From an uncultured Bacteroidales bacterium (lineage in GTDB: Bacteria > Bacteroidota > Bacteroidia > Bacteroidales > VadinHA17): DNA of 64,000 bases. Positions within the stretch are counted from its first letter, which is position 1; the number at the start of each line of letters is the position of its first letter. The DNA lies in contig CAWFRW010000006.1 of the NCBI GenBank assembly GCA_963818295.1, positions 169,119-233,118 of the forward strand, in the 5' to 3' direction. Both the position numbers and the translations under genes were made by a program. This document shows, one piece after another, positions 21,910 to 34,464 of this stretch. The notes beneath the pieces are model-generated. The model was not told the DNA's origin and searched no databases. It was given only the letters and a program-made list of their open reading frames with translations.

Positions 21910-23205
21910 ATGAAAAGGAAAGTCCTTATTTTGTTACTGCTGCTTGGTTCAATTGAACCTTGCTTATTTTCGCAGAAAATTAGTCACCCTGAAAGAATGC
22001 TATGATAAGGCCATGGCAGCTACATGCCCTTGCAGGAGAAAAAGAGGCATATTCATCCATCTCTGTGATAAAGGATGAAAACCTGTCAAAAGGCTGGCTG
22101 CCCACACTCGATGCAAATGCTTCAGCCAACTATATCTCCGATGTAGTTGACTTCTCGAAAGCAATGTCATCAATTCCCGGAATAGCTTCAATCCTTACAC
22201 CCATGCCACACGACCAGTACAAGGTGACTCTCGATATCAACCAGGTTATTTATGACGGAGGGGCTATAAGAAGCGGCAGGGCTCTTGAAAAAGCCGAACT
22301 GAATATCAATGAGAAGCAGACTGAAACTGATCTGTATAAACTGCGGGGACAAATAAATACATACTATTTCAATATAATGCTCCTGAACAGGCAGAAGGAA
22401 CTCCTGAAGAATTACCTTAATCTGATTGAGAAGAGAATAGCATCAATGCAATCTGCCCTGGAAAATGGGGTAATAATGAAATCGGATATCGATGTGCTGA
22501 CCTCCGAGAAGATAAGACTTGAACAACAGATCACTGAAAACGATCTTCGGAAAGCCTCACTTCTGAAGATCTTATCGGATCTCACAGGTTCAGTGATTGA
22601 TACATCAACCGAATTTGTCCTTCCCGAACAGCCGGAGGAACTGACCGGAGAACTCAAAAGACCTGAACTCCAGCTTTATGACCTGCATAAGGAACAGCTT
22701 AATGCAGGACTGCAGCTTGCCCAGAGCAGGAGAATGCCCAAAGCTTTCGGATTTGCCACCCTGGGATACGGAAATCCTCCGGGTCAGGATTTCTTCAAGG
22801 ATAACTTTGATACCTACTACATTGTTGGCGGCGGAATCAAATGGAACATCTTCGACTGGAACAGGGTAAAAAATGAAAAAAAGGTTATCACCCTTCAACA
22901 GGGAATACTCGATAACAGAAAAAAAGACCTTGAAGATAATTTAACAAGACAACTCGATTCCAAATCGGCTGAAATATCGAGTCTGAAAATCCTTATCGAA
23001 ACTGATTCGCAACTTATTGCCCTGAGGAAAAGAATAACTGCATCGGCAGAATCGCAATATGACAACGGTACAATAACTGCCACTGAATATCTTAATGAAA
23101 TGAACTCGGAACACCAGGCAGAAATAAACTTACGAAATCCATAAAATAAACCTTGCCGTGGCAAGAATAGAATACATGAATATAAGCGGGAAGGAGATAA
23201 AATAA
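21910..23205 (+). CDS. TolC family outer-membrane efflux protein (frameshifted)
   Basis: LPTLD, QVIYDGG, RPELQ, WNIFDW, YDNGTITATEYL. Confidence 0.85.
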
Positions 23206-23212
23206 CATTCAT

Positions 23213-23352
23213 TGCCCCTCCTGACACCCCCCTGCCCCCCAACGGGGGTGGGGCGTGAAAAAGTATTAAGCCCCCCCTGGGGGGTTGGGGGGTCTTCAGG
23301 GTGTACGGAGCTGCTTCATGGGGGTTGGGAGAGTCTTCAAGGGGCTTGGGTA
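23213..23352. repeat. C-run/G-run palindromic intergenic element
   Basis: CCCCCCTGCCCCCCAACGGGGG...CCCCCCCTGGGGGGTTGGGGGG and two GGGGGTTGGGRGRGTCTTCA units. Confidence 0.65.
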
Positions 23353-23422
23353 GTCAAAGTAGGTATAAGTATAGAATGATAGAATAATCTTATTTAAATG
23401 AATATCAACATATTATAATAAT

Positions 23423-24304
23423 ATGAAAACCAGATTACTGATAGCATTAGCGGCCCTTATTCTTACAGGCTGCAGAAATAAAACCACAGAGGCTGATGCC
23501 TATGGAAACTTTGAAGCAACAGAGGTTATTATCTCATCTGAAACAAGCGGAAGGATCCTGCAGTTTGACAAGGATGAAGGATCGCAGATTGAAAAGGGAG
23601 AAATGATTGCTCTCATCGATACAACTCTTCAGCATCTTCAGAAAGCTGAAATAGATGCAGGAATGAACAGTGTCAGAACACGCATAAGTTCAATCAACGC
23701 CCAAAACGATATCCTGAATCAGCAGATTGAAAACCAGAATGTCAATGTTGCCAGAATAGAGAAGATGCTTAAGGATGATGCAGCCACACAGAAACAGTAT
23801 GATGATCTGACCGGACAGGTGGCTGTACTGAAAAAACAGATTGCTGCAAATAATACCCAGAAGGTCTCAACAGCATCTGAACTGGCAGTATATGAGTCGA
23901 AGAAGGCGACCCTGAATGAGCAGATTGCCAGAAGTTGCGTGAAGAGCCCCCTGAAAGGGACAATTATAGAAAAATATTCTGAAGCCGGTGAAGTTACCGC
24001 TCAGGGAAAACCGCTTGTAAAAATTGCAGATCTATCGGTCATAAAATTGAAGGTCTATGTCTCCGGAGCAGAACTGGGTAAGATAAAAACCGGACAGCAA
24101 TGCACTGTAAGAATTGATGACGGAGTAAAAGGATATCGCAGTTTCACCGGAGTAATCAGCTCTGTTTCCGACAAAGCAGAATTCACTCCTAAAATTATAC
24201 AGACAAAAGAGGAACGCGTTACACTTGTCTATGCAGTTAATATCAATGTAATAAATGACGGCTCTCTTAAATCAGGAATGCCGGGTGAGGCAATTTTCAA
24301 ATAG
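23423..24304 (+). CDS. HlyD/YbhG-type membrane fusion lipoprotein
   Basis: Lipobox LTGC, YGNFEATEV, AEFTPKIIQTKEER, LKSGMPGE. Confidence 0.92.
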   Translation: MKTRLLIALAALILTGCRNKTTEADAYGNFEATEVIISSETSGRILQFDKDEGSQIEKGEMIALIDTTLQHLQKAEIDAGMNSVRTRISSINAQNDILNQQIENQNVNVARIEKMLKDDAATQKQYDDLTGQVAVLKKQIAANNTQKVSTASELAVYESKKATLNEQIARSCVKSPLKGTIIEKYSEAGEVTAQGKPLVKIADLSVIKLKVYVSGAELGKIKTGQQCTVRIDDGVKGYRSFTGVISSVSDKAEFTPKIIQTKEERVTLVYAVNINVINDGSLKSGMPGEAIFK

Positions 24305-24307
24305 AAC

Positions 24308-25233
24308 ATGACGATGCCCAAAGCTATAGAATCATCAGGTCTGTCAAAGAGCTTCGGCACAACCAAAGCTCTTGATAATATCTCATTCTCGGTCAATGAA
24401 GCTGAAATCTTCGGATTTATCGGCCCTGATGGTGCGGGTAAGACTACTCTTTTCAGAATTATAACCACACTGTTGCTGCCCGATGAGGGCAATGTAAGAG
24501 TTCTTGGCCTTGATTCAGTGTCTGATTACAAAAAGCTCAGGCAGCAATATTGGCTATATGCCGGGCAGGTTCAGCCTGTACCAGGATCTTTCCGTTGAAG
24601 AGAATCTCTCTTTTTACGCTACAGTATTCGGAACAACAGTCACCGAGAACTATGACCTGATCTCTGATATTTACTCGCATATAGAGCCCTTCAAAAAAAG
24701 ACTTGCAGGAAAACTTTCGGGCGGAATGAAGCAGAAGCTGGCTCTTTCATGTGCGCTTGATTCATAAACCGCAGCTGCTTGTGCTCGATGAGCCAACAAC
24801 AGGCGTTGATGCGGTATCAAGAGCGGAATTCTGGAGCATGCTCGGCAAACTGCGAAAAGCATAATATAACGATTCTTGTGTCAACTCCGTATATGGACGA
24901 AGCCAGCAGGTGCGACAGGATAGCATTGATACAGCATGGAAAAATACTCGCAATTGATACACCTTCAAAAGTCATTGAAGGATTCAGCAGAAAACTTTTC
25001 AGCGCAAAAGCACCGGAAAAGTACAGACTCATAAATGCACTGCGCCAATTTCCAGCCACTATCACTGCATATCCCTTTCGGCGATTCAGTGCATGTAACA
25101 TTTACAGGAGACACCTTAGATCCGGCGTTGTATGCTCATCTCAGAAACAATGGTGTCACTAATGCTACAGTCACAGAAACCGACAGCCGGAATTGAGGAC
25201 AGGTTCCTCGAATTAATGAATAAATCAGAATAA
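24308..25233 (+). CDS. ABC transporter ATP-binding protein (frameshifted)
   Basis: GPDGAGKTT, LSGGMKQKL, LDEPTTGVD, STPYMDEA. Confidence 0.9.
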
Positions 25234-25967
25234 TGAAAAACCAGGTAATAAAGGTCAGAAATCTAATTAAAAAGTTCGGCAGGTTTGTCGCTAATGACAA
25301 TCTGAACTTTGACGTTTATGAAGGGGAGATTTTCGGCTTCCTGGGGGCAAACGGAGCGGGCAAGACAACTGCAATAAGAATACTGTCGGGACTATCCGAG
25401 CCTACTTCGGGTGAAGTTATTGTTGCAGGCTTTAATGCCCTGAATGAGTCGGAGAAGATCAAGAAGAATATAGGCTATATGTGCCAGAAATTCTCATTAT
25501 ATGAAGATCTTACAGTAAAGGAAAACATTTCATTGTATGGCGGAATATATGGAATGAAAATTAAACTGATAAGGGAACGGACTGATGAGCTTCTTAGGAA
25601 ACTCAATTTCAGGGAATATGAAAACAGGCTGATTGCTGACCTGCCTTTGGGATTGCGACAGAAACTTGCATTCTCCGTGGCAATCCTGCACGAACCTAAA
25701 ATTGTCTTTCTTGACGAGCCCACCGGCGGGGTTGATCCTATAACCAGGCGGCAGTTCTGGGAAATGATTTATGATACTGCGGAGAGAGGAATAACAGTTT
25801 TTGTTACAACACATTACATGGATGAAGCAGAATATTGCGACCGGATCTCAATAATGAGCGAAGGCAGGATTGTAGCGCTTGATACACCGGAACAACTGAA
25901 AAAGCAATATAATGCAGCAACTGTTGAAGAAGTATTTATAAAGATCGCGAGACCGGTTATGGACTAA
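25233..25967 (+). CDS. ABC transporter ATP-binding protein
   Basis: GANGAGKTT, LPLG, FLDEPTGGVDP, TTHYMDEAE. Confidence 0.95.
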   Translation: MKNQVIKVRNLIKKFGRFVANDNLNFDVYEGEIFGFLGANGAGKTTAIRILSGLSEPTSGEVIVAGFNALNESEKIKKNIGYMCQKFSLYEDLTVKENISLYGGIYGMKIKLIRERTDELLRKLNFREYENRLIADLPLGLRQKLAFSVAILHEPKIVFLDEPTGGVDPITRRQFWEMIYDTAERGITVFVTTHYMDEAEYCDRISIMSEGRIVALDTPEQLKKQYNAATVEEVFIKIARPVMD

Positions 25968-25970
25968 TAC

Positions 25971-26173
25971 CCTCTGCCACCTGCTTCAGGGGCTGTCGAA
26001 AAAGTCGAACTCCCTTCCCCCCCAAGGGGGCGCAAAGAGGTAGACTTTCAAGGATGCAAGATCTAAATCAAGATATACCTTTCGCCCCTTGCGAAAGCCT
26101 TGGGGGTCAGTGCGGTCAAAAAGACTTTTTCAACAGGCCACAGGGGGGGTCAACAAGGCAAAGGGGGCAGAGG
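25971..26173. repeat. Nested palindromic element
   Basis: Outer CCTCTGCC/GGCAGAGG; inner GGCTGTCGAAAAAGTC (25991)/GACTTTTTCAACAGGCC (26123); core CCCCCAAGG/CCTTGGGGG. Confidence 0.75.
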
Positions 26174-26221
26174 ATCAGATGTGCGTTAAAACATTATTAA
26201 AGAACTGATTATTAAAAATAT

Positions 26222-27333
26222 ATGAACCGTTTCCTTGGATTTTTAAAAAAAGAGTTCCTGCATATTTTCAGGGATTACCGGACACTCTTTATCCTGTTCG
26301 GAATACCTGTAGCCCAGATCCTGATATTTGGCTTTGCGGTAAGTATGGACATCAAGGATGCAGGAGTTGCCGTCCTCGATCTATCTCACGATGAGATAAC
26401 AAGGAGCCTGACAGACAAAATTGTTTCATCCGGATTTTTCAAAAAGACTGAAACACTTCTCAGTTATTCCGACGTTGATAAAGTCTTCAAAAAAGGAAAC
26501 ACAAAAGCTGTAATAATATTTGAAGAAAACTTTGGCAAAAAACTTGTCAGCGAGGGCAAAGCCTCCCTGAGCATAATTGCTGACGGGTCAGAACCGAATA
26601 CAGCCACTCTGGTTACAAACTATACAACTGCAATAGTGAATGATTTCAATCTGAAATTTGCAGGCAAGCGCTGTCACCAATCAGGTCAGGATACAACCAG
26701 AGGTAAAAATGTTCTATAATCCTAACCTTAAAAGCCATTTCATGTTTGTCCCCGGTGTTATTACATTGATCCTGATCCTTATCTGTGCACTTGATGACTT
26801 CTGTAACAATAACCCGTGAAAAGGAGTTTGGCACAATGGAAGTCCTGCTTGTATCACCATTACGGCCAATCCAGATAATTCTCGGGAAAGTGATGCCATA
26901 CTTCATTCTGTCATTCATAAATGTGCTTCTTATTCTCGCCTTGTCATGGTTCGTCTTCGGATTGCCGGTAAAAGGAAGCATGGTCCTGCTTCTTGCCGAA
27001 AGCATGCTTTACATCCTCATGAGCCTTACTCTCGGGATTCTGATATCAACAGTATCAGCCACAATGCAACAGGCAATATTCATTTCTCTTGTAGGACTGA
27101 TGCTTCCGACAGTGCTGCTTTCAGGGTTTATTTTCCCGATTGAAAATATGCCGGAGATCTATGGTTATGTGACAATGATAATGCCTCCAAGATATTTCAT
27201 CGTTATTATAAAAAATATTATGATCAAGGGAACAGGAATAATGTATATCTGGAAGGAGACACTCATTCTGATTATTATGACAGCAGTGTTTATAGGAATA
27301 AGTGTGAGGAAGTTTAAGATCAGGCTGGAGTAG
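26222..27333 (+). CDS. ABC-2 permease, YbhS-like (frameshifted)
   Basis: KEFLHIFRD, VTITREKEFGTMEVLLVSP, LLSGFIFPIENMP. Confidence 0.9.
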
Positions 27334-27334
27334 G

Positions 27335-27502
27335 ATGCAGGGTGCTTTGCAATTTTAAGTTCAAGGTTCAAGGTTCAAGGTGCAGAGTGTAGATAAAGGG
27401 TGCAGGGTAAAGGTTTCCCTCCCTGGAGGGGTCAGGGGTGGGTCTTAAAAGAGAATACAAATTGAGGATTGCTTTGTCCCGCTTCGCGGCACTCGCAATG
27501 AC
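27335..27502. repeat. Composite spacer: TTCAAGG heptamer tandem, CCCTCC/GGAGGG hairpin, GATTGC...CGCAATGAC half-element
   Basis: TTCAAGG x3 at 27360-27380; the half-element at 27467-27502 matches the right arm of 37172-37268. Confidence 0.7.
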
Positions 27503-27522
27503 TGTAATAATAAACAAAACAG

Positions 27523-28643
27523 ATGAGAACGATACTATATCTGATACGAAAAGAGTTTCTCCAGATTTTCAGGAATAAATTTATTTCGAAAGCAATATTT
27601 GCAGTACCTGTAGTGCAGATGCTGATCCTTGTACCAGCAATTACATTCGAGATAAAGTATGTAAATATTACTGTTGTCGACAAGGATCTTACGCCTGAGT
27701 CAAGGGGACTTATAAACAAGACTGGAGGGTTCAACATTTTTCAGGGTAGTACACACCACTTTTTCAGAAGCTCAGGCTAATGATCTGCTGCACAGGAACA
27801 AATGCAGCATGGTCCTTCAAATCCCTTCAGGCTTCGGCAAGGATATTTCGACCGGACAGACTGGCAAATTGCTTGCAACAGTCGATGCCATAAATGCCTC
27901 ATCAGCACAGCTTTCATGGGCATACCTCAACGGAGTGATCCGCGACTATAATGTTGATCTGATCAGGGAAAATATAAATATCGTTCCTCTGTCTCCTGTC
28001 CCGGCCATACAAATTACAAACAGGTACTGGTATAATGAGGAGTTAAACTACAAATACTATATGCTCCCAGGCATCCTGGTTATTCTTGTTACTGCCATCG
28101 GTTTCCTGCTGGCCGGGCTTAATATGGTGCAGGGAGAAAGAAATCGGGACCATAGAACAGATAAATGTCACTCCTGTTCGAAAATATCAGTTCATAATCG
28201 CCAAGATGGTACCATTCCTGCTTATCGGACTTGTGGATCTTGCCCTTGGATTGCTTATCGGTAAAATAGCTTTCGATATCCCCTTTGAAGGAAGCATTCT
28301 GTTAATGTTTTTCGGGGCGTCACTCTTTCTGATTGCAGTACTCGGACTGGCTCTTTTTATTTCAACCTTCTCATCAACCCAGCAGCAGTATATGTTCGTG
28401 GCATTCTTCTTCATGATAATATTCATACTGATGAGCGGGATCTTCACTCCATATGAGAGCATGCCCGGATGGGCCCAGAAATTTAATCTTGTCAACCCTG
28501 TGGCTTACCTGATCAGGATAAACAGGATGGTCATGCTTAAGGGATCAACAATACATGATATCAGCAGGGAAATATTCTCCCTTGCAATTATTGCGATCTG
28601 CTTTTCAGCTCTTGCAATAAGAAGATACCGTAAAACGGCGTGA
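27523..28643 (+). CDS. ABC-2 permease, YbhR-like (frameshifted)
   Basis: KEFLQIFR, REKEIGTIEQINVTP, LMSGIFTPYESMP. Confidence 0.9.
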
Positions 28644-28658
28644 ATTAACCGGGTAATT

Positions 28659-29526
28659 TTATTTTGTCATAACACGGGCGGTAACGGGCCAATGATCAGA
28701 GATGTAGATCTGACTCTCCTTTTCAATAAGTGTAGTAGTGATCCAGTACCCTCAATCCATTCTTCACGAAGATATAATCCACTCTTCCTGTTCCGGGTTT
28801 TTCAGAAAATCCGTTGTAGGTGAAGGTCGGTCCGGCAGGTTTTTTTTCGGACACAAAATATGAATCCTTCAGTAAAGGAACACTCTCTTCGGGCCCGGTT
28901 AGTATAGAATAGCCCGTACTGTAAGGCAACAGGTTGAAATCGCCTGTAACAATGAAAGGGTAACCTTCCGCAATTTTGGCGACCTGTTTCACAAGGATCC
29001 TGCTGCTCATGATCCGGGCGGAGTCGGAATCATGGGCAAAATGAGTATTGAAGAAATATAAATGCTCATGGGCATGCTTATCAGCAAGCTCGACCCATGT
29101 AACAATCCGCGGCAGTGAAGCGCCCCAGCCTCTCGAGCCGGGCAGATCCGGCGTTTCAGACAGCCAGAAGGTTAATGTCCTCACAAGGTCAAAGCGCTCT
29201 TTTCTGAAAAAAACAGGATTCATCTCCCCTCCCCTTGCACCATCATCACGTCCCACTCCCACCGAACCATACTCACTGAAAGCCGAATCCATCGCCTGGT
29301 ACTGGTGCCACAAAACTTCCTGCAATCCGAGAATGTCAGGCTTCTCATCCGAGATAAGCCTGACAAAAAGCGGTATTCTTGCAGGCCAGGCATTGATACT
29401 GTCATCCGGGTTATCGTATCTGACATTCATCGTCATTACACTTATCGAATCCTTTTCATTCATGTGCCCGCAGCCGTATGCGAAAAAAGAAAAGATAACA
29501 AATACATAAACGAAATAAGTTTTCAT
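28659..29526 (-). CDS. Endonuclease/exonuclease/phosphatase family lipoprotein
   Basis: MTMNVR, LGLQEV, NTHF, TGDFN, VDYIF, and SDHWPV after a frameshift. Confidence 0.9.
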
Positions 29527-29732
29527 TTTACCGGATTTTTAATCAAAGATAATAATCTGAAAAATAAAACCGGTATCACTCCGGTTATTAGCTGCACCTA
29601 TTCCACTAAGGAAGGGGATGACCCAATTATTTATATATTTGTACAGTTGTTTGAATAGCGGGTATTCATATCATTTTCAAAGCCCGGAATCAGGCATGAT
29701 GTCCACAATAAACTATCAAACTACTCCAGTTA

Positions 29733-31548
29733 ATGGCTGATGTCATAAAACTTTTACCAGATTCGGTCGCCAATCAGATTGCTGCAGGTGAAGTCATACA
29801 AAGGCCGGCTTCGGTGGTGAAAGAGCTTGTTGAAAACTCAGTCGATGCAGGAGGCAAATGGATAAGGGTTATTATTAAAGACTCCGGCAAAGACTCTGAT
29901 TCAGATTATTGATGATGGAGCAGGCATGTCTGAAACAGATGCGAGGCTCTCCTTCGAGAGACATGCCACATCCAAGATAACTTCAGCACAGGATCTGTTT
30001 GCAATAAAGACAAAAGGATTCAGGGGTGAGGCTCTGGCATCAATTGCTGCTGTTGCAATGGTAGAACTGAAAACCCGCAGGGAGGAGAGCGAGACAGGCA
30101 TACGGATAGTAATAAACGGCTCAAGGGTGGAATCTCAGGAACCGTGCAGCTGTCCTGTAGGTTCGAGCTTTGCTGTGAAAAATCTCTTTTACAATATCCC
30201 GGCCCGACGTAAATTCCTGAAATCAGACAATACCGAGATCAGGCATATAGTAACCGAGTTTCAGAAAATTGTTCTTGCTCATCCTGACATCAGCTTTTCA
30301 CTTTATCACAACGAAAGTGAAATATACAGTCTCTCGCCCGGGGAATCTAAGACAACGGATAATTGGAGTATTCGGCAAACAGATAAATCAGGACCTCATT
30401 TCACTTGAAACAGACACTACCCTGATAAAAATAAAAGGATTCATTGGCAAACCGGAGAACGCACGAAGAACATACGGAGAACAATTCTTCTTTGTAAACG
30501 ACCGTTTCATGAAGCATCCCTATTTCCATAAAGCTGTAGTGGAAGCTTACCAGAACATCCTCCCTCCCGAGGCTATTCCCTCATACTTCATCTACATGGA
30601 CGCCGATCCTGCTTCAATTGATATAAACATTCATCCAACCAAGACCGAGATCAAGTTTGAAGATGAGAGATCAATATGGCAGATTCTGATGGCATCGGTA
30701 AAAGAGGCGCTTGGCAGATTCAATATTGTCCCCTCGCTTGACTTTGACAGTGAAGTTCTTATCGATATTCCTGTAAGAAGTTCATCAGGCCATATTCCCG
30801 ATGCGCCTGTTATTGACATCAATCACCAGTATAATCCCTTCGCCGGAGAGGATATGAAGAGTGAGAGATCAGGGTATATTGAACGTTTTGAAAAAGATAA
30901 CGTTTCAAACTGGCAGAAACTCTATTCTTCTCTTGAAAACAATAATGCTGATCAGGACAGATCGGCAGTGCACCGGATGACACCCGCAGAAAATTCTTCC
31001 AGATAAAAAATAAATATATTGTCTGCCCGGTGAAGTCAGGGCTGATGCTGATTGACCAGAAAAGGGCCCATGAGAGAATCCTTTTTGAGAAGTTCATGGA
31101 ATGTCTGACCAATGAACAGGCAGTAAGCCAGGTCGATATGTTTCCTGTGGATATGGAACTTGAATCCTGCCGATTATTTTATTCTGTCAGAAATCGAGGA
31201 GAGCCTCGATAAGCTTGGCTTCCGTATTCAGCATCAGGGAAATAATACAATTTCAATTCTTGGACGGCCGTCGGACTCAATATCATCCGATCCGGAAGAG
31301 ATGATGGAGATTATTCTTGAGGATTTTAAAAGCACTGATGCTGATCCATCAGCAGGTGCAAAGGAAAAGGTTTCGGCAGCCATGGCAGCAGCCTCTTCAA
31401 TTCCTTATGGCAAACCACTTGACACAAGGGGAGATGGAGAATCTTTTTGATACTCTGTTTGCCTGCTCCGGTCCGAATTATTCCCCGTGCAGGAAAACCG
31501 GTTATAAGCATTCTTACAACTGAAGAAATTGACAGAAGATTTAAATAG
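29733..31548 (+). CDS. mutL: DNA mismatch repair endonuclease MutL (frameshifted)
   Basis: [49 protein letters not shown]. Confidence 0.95.
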
Positions 31549-31632
31549 ATTTGCTGTGACAATTTGACACAAAAAACCTAATTGAAGTTTTGGCCCGACA
31601 ATTGAAGTAAAACAAGTTTTAAACAAAAATAG

Positions 31633-32376
31633 ATGAACGGATTCGGAGGAGGTTATTTAAGTTTACCACCAGTAGTAAAGAATATAATACTCATAAATGT
31701 ATTAATGCTTCTGGTGGTTTTTGCAGCCAAAAGTGTTTTTGGAGTCGACCTGACAATGGTACTGGGGCTTTATTTTCCGAAATCTGATCAGTTCATGCCA
31801 CTGCAGATAGTCACACATATGTTCATGCACGGAGGATTCTGGCATATTTTTTTCAATATGTATGCTCTTTACATTTTTGGCCAGGTGCTGGAGAATGTAT
31901 GGGGACCAAAAAGATTTTTCATCTATTATATTATCTGCGGACTTGGTGCAGCGTTTACTCATGAGACTGTAATCGCATTTCAGTATGCTCATCTCGCCCA
32001 GAGCCTCAGTCCTGACAGCCTGCAGACGGTACTGAATGAAGGGACTGCATTATTCAGGGAGAGACAGTTGTTTACCGATCCTGATATGCAAAAGCTCCAG
32101 CTTCTGCTTAATACACCTACAGTCGGAGCTTCGGGTGCCATTTTCGGTGTTCTTCTTGCCTTCGGAGTTCTTTTCCCAAATACACAGCTTATGCTGCTTT
32201 TCCCTCCCATCCCGTTAAAAGCCAAATACTTTGTGCTCATTTACGGGATAATTGAGCTTTCGCTGGCTGTTACACAACCCGGGAGCAATATTGCCCATGC
32301 TGCCCATCTCGGAGGCATGCTGTTTGGTTACCTTCTGATAAGATACTGGAGAAAAACCACTAACACTCTTTATTGA
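31633..32376 (+). CDS. Rhomboid intramembrane serine protease
   Basis: HMFMHGGFWHIFFNM, GASGA, AHLGG. Confidence 0.93.
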   Translation: MNGFGGGYLSLPPVVKNIILINVLMLLVVFAAKSVFGVDLTMVLGLYFPKSDQFMPLQIVTHMFMHGGFWHIFFNMYALYIFGQVLENVWGPKRFFIYYIICGLGAAFTHETVIAFQYAHLAQSLSPDSLQTVLNEGTALFRERQLFTDPDMQKLQLLLNTPTVGASGAIFGVLLAFGVLFPNTQLMLLFPPIPLKAKYFVLIYGIIELSLAVTQPGSNIAHAAHLGGMLFGYLLIRYWRKTTNTLY

Positions 32377-33263
32377 TGGGAATCTGGGACGATATAAAGA
32401 GTACTTTCAGGAATGGCAGTAGTCTCACACGGCTTATTTACATCAATATTGCCGTATTCATTCTTATTACCCTGTCAGCTGTTATAGGCTTCCTTCTTAA
32501 TAATCAGGGGATATCTGATCAGATCCTGAATCTTGTGTCAGTTCCTTCGTCTGTAAAGGCTCTTATTTTGCGCCCATGGACAATAATAACCTATATGTTT
32601 GTTCACAAGGATGTATGGCATATCCTGTTCAATATGCTGTGGCTCTACTGGTTTGGCATTATCTTCCTTGAATATCTTGATCAGAGAAAACTGGTGGCAG
32701 TTTATCTCCTCGGAGGACTCAGCGGTGCCATTGTATATATCCTGTCATTCAATGTATTCCCTGCATTTACAGGACTTGTTGCTGATTCAGTCGCAATAGG
32801 AGCCTCAGCCTCTGTAATGGCCATTGTGATAGCTATCGCAGCTTATGTACCTGATTATACAATTAACCTCTTATTTGTCGGAAGGGTAAAGATCAAGTAT
32901 ATGGCACTTGCAATTTTTATTCTGACATCGGTTATGGATTTTTCAATTAATTCCGGCGGTAAGCTTGCTCATATGGGAGGTGCTCTCTTTGGATATCTTT
33001 ATACTATTAACCTGAGGCAGGGAAGGGATCTGGGAAAAAGATTAAATAAGATAATAGATTCACTCGCAACAATTTTCAAACCCCGGAAAAAACTTAAGGT
33101 GACCCATAAAAAGCCTGCTACGGAATATGAGTACAATAAGATAAAAACTGAAGAACAGAAGCGAATAAACATCATACTCGATAAAATTTCAAAGGGAGGA
33201 TACGACAGCCTTACAAAAGAGGAAAAGGAAACGCTTTTCAGGGAGAGCCAGAGGAAAAGTTAA
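32376..33263 (+). CDS. Rhomboid family protease with C-terminal ILDKISxxGYDSL domain
   Basis: WHILFNML, GASAS, AHMGG. Confidence 0.92.
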   Translation: MGIWDDIKSTFRNGSSLTRLIYINIAVFILITLSAVIGFLLNNQGISDQILNLVSVPSSVKALILRPWTIITYMFVHKDVWHILFNMLWLYWFGIIFLEYLDQRKLVAVYLLGGLSGAIVYILSFNVFPAFTGLVADSVAIGASASVMAIVIAIAAYVPDYTINLLFVGRVKIKYMALAIFILTSVMDFSINSGGKLAHMGGALFGYLYTINLRQGRDLGKRLNKIIDSLATIFKPRKKLKVTHKKPATEYEYNKIKTEEQKRINIILDKISKGGYDSLTKEEKETLFRESQRKS

Positions 33264-33371
33264 CCTTCCGAAATTGTTCATTTACATGCACTTTGGACCA
33301 GCTTGTCAAAAAGCGGAATCTCATAATATCATTTTTCGCATAATGATGGTAATTTCATACCGTATAATTAA

Positions 33372-34464
33372 TTGAATTTGAAAAAAATCCTTTATAAACT
33401 TTTATTAGGTGTAAATGTATTCTTTGCACTTACACTGCTGATATCATATCTTGCCGTTCTGATCAGTCCGGGAGATTTTGCATTCCCTGCTTTTTTCGGC
33501 CTTGCCTATCCTTATCTTCTGCTTGTCAATATTATTATTGTTATTATCTGGATTGCCCTTTTAAGGTTTGAAGCTCTTCTGTCGGTGATCGTAATTGCTA
33601 TCGGGTTTAACCATTTCTCAAACTACATCAAGCTAACCAGGTCTTCAGGTGATAAGGCCAACACTTTTAAGGTTGTGAGCTATAATGTCCGTCTTTTTAA
33701 TTTCTATGAAAGCAACAACGGAGTATATTCAGTAAAAAGAGTTGTTGATTTTCTGAAAGCTCAGAAGGCTGATATAATCTGTCTGCAGGAGTTTTTTATT
33801 TTAGGAAATCCCGCACTTGGAGGAGGAGAAAATCATTAAAGGCCTCGGGAGACAAATATTATTCTCATATGAAGGTATTTAAGGTAAGTAAAAACCGGTA
33901 TTACGGAATAGTCACTTTCAGCAAATTTCCAATAATCAAATAAAGGAGAGATAGTTCATAACAAATCATCCAGCCTGTCAATCTACAGTGATATTCTGAT
34001 TCAGAAAGATACCTTCAGAATATTTAATAACCATCTTCAGTCGTTCATGCTGAAAAGGATGAACAGGTCATTCATTGAAGAGTTGTCATCGTCTGAAAAC
34101 AAGGAGACAATGGATGAAATGATGAACCTCTCAAGAAGTCTGAAAAAAGGTTTTGTCAACAGGTCTCTTCAGGCACAGCTTGTAAAAGGCTATATAAATA
34201 AATCGCCCTATCATGTAATCGTTGCAGGTGATTTCAATGACACACCTGTATCATATACTTACGGGAAGATCCGGAAAGGACTGAATGATTCATTTATTAC
34301 CTCAGGTTATGGTGCCGGATTTACTTACAGGGGCAACTATCCTCCCAACAGGATAGATTATATTCTGTATGACAACAACCTGCAGAATACCGTATTTTGA
34401 AATAAAGAAGGTCAGATATTCCGACCATTATCCGATTATCGCCTATTTCAGGAAAAAAAATTAA
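33372..34464 (+). CDS. Membrane-anchored EEP family protein (frameshifted)
   Basis: SYNVR, ICLQE, NHLQS, AGDFNDTP, RIDYI, SDHYP. Confidence 0.88.

Noticed and set aside
29048-29658. Antisense ORFs in the track (also 10708, 45231, 54073, 56547, 56611 and others)
   Set aside because: They are shadows of well-supported genes on the opposite strand and have no motifs of their own.
29733-31548. Broken mutL as the cause of genome-wide frameshifts (mutator or genome decay)
   Set aside because: Essential dnaE, rpsP and tsaC are also broken while their protein sequences stay well conserved, so sequencing error is far more parsimonious.
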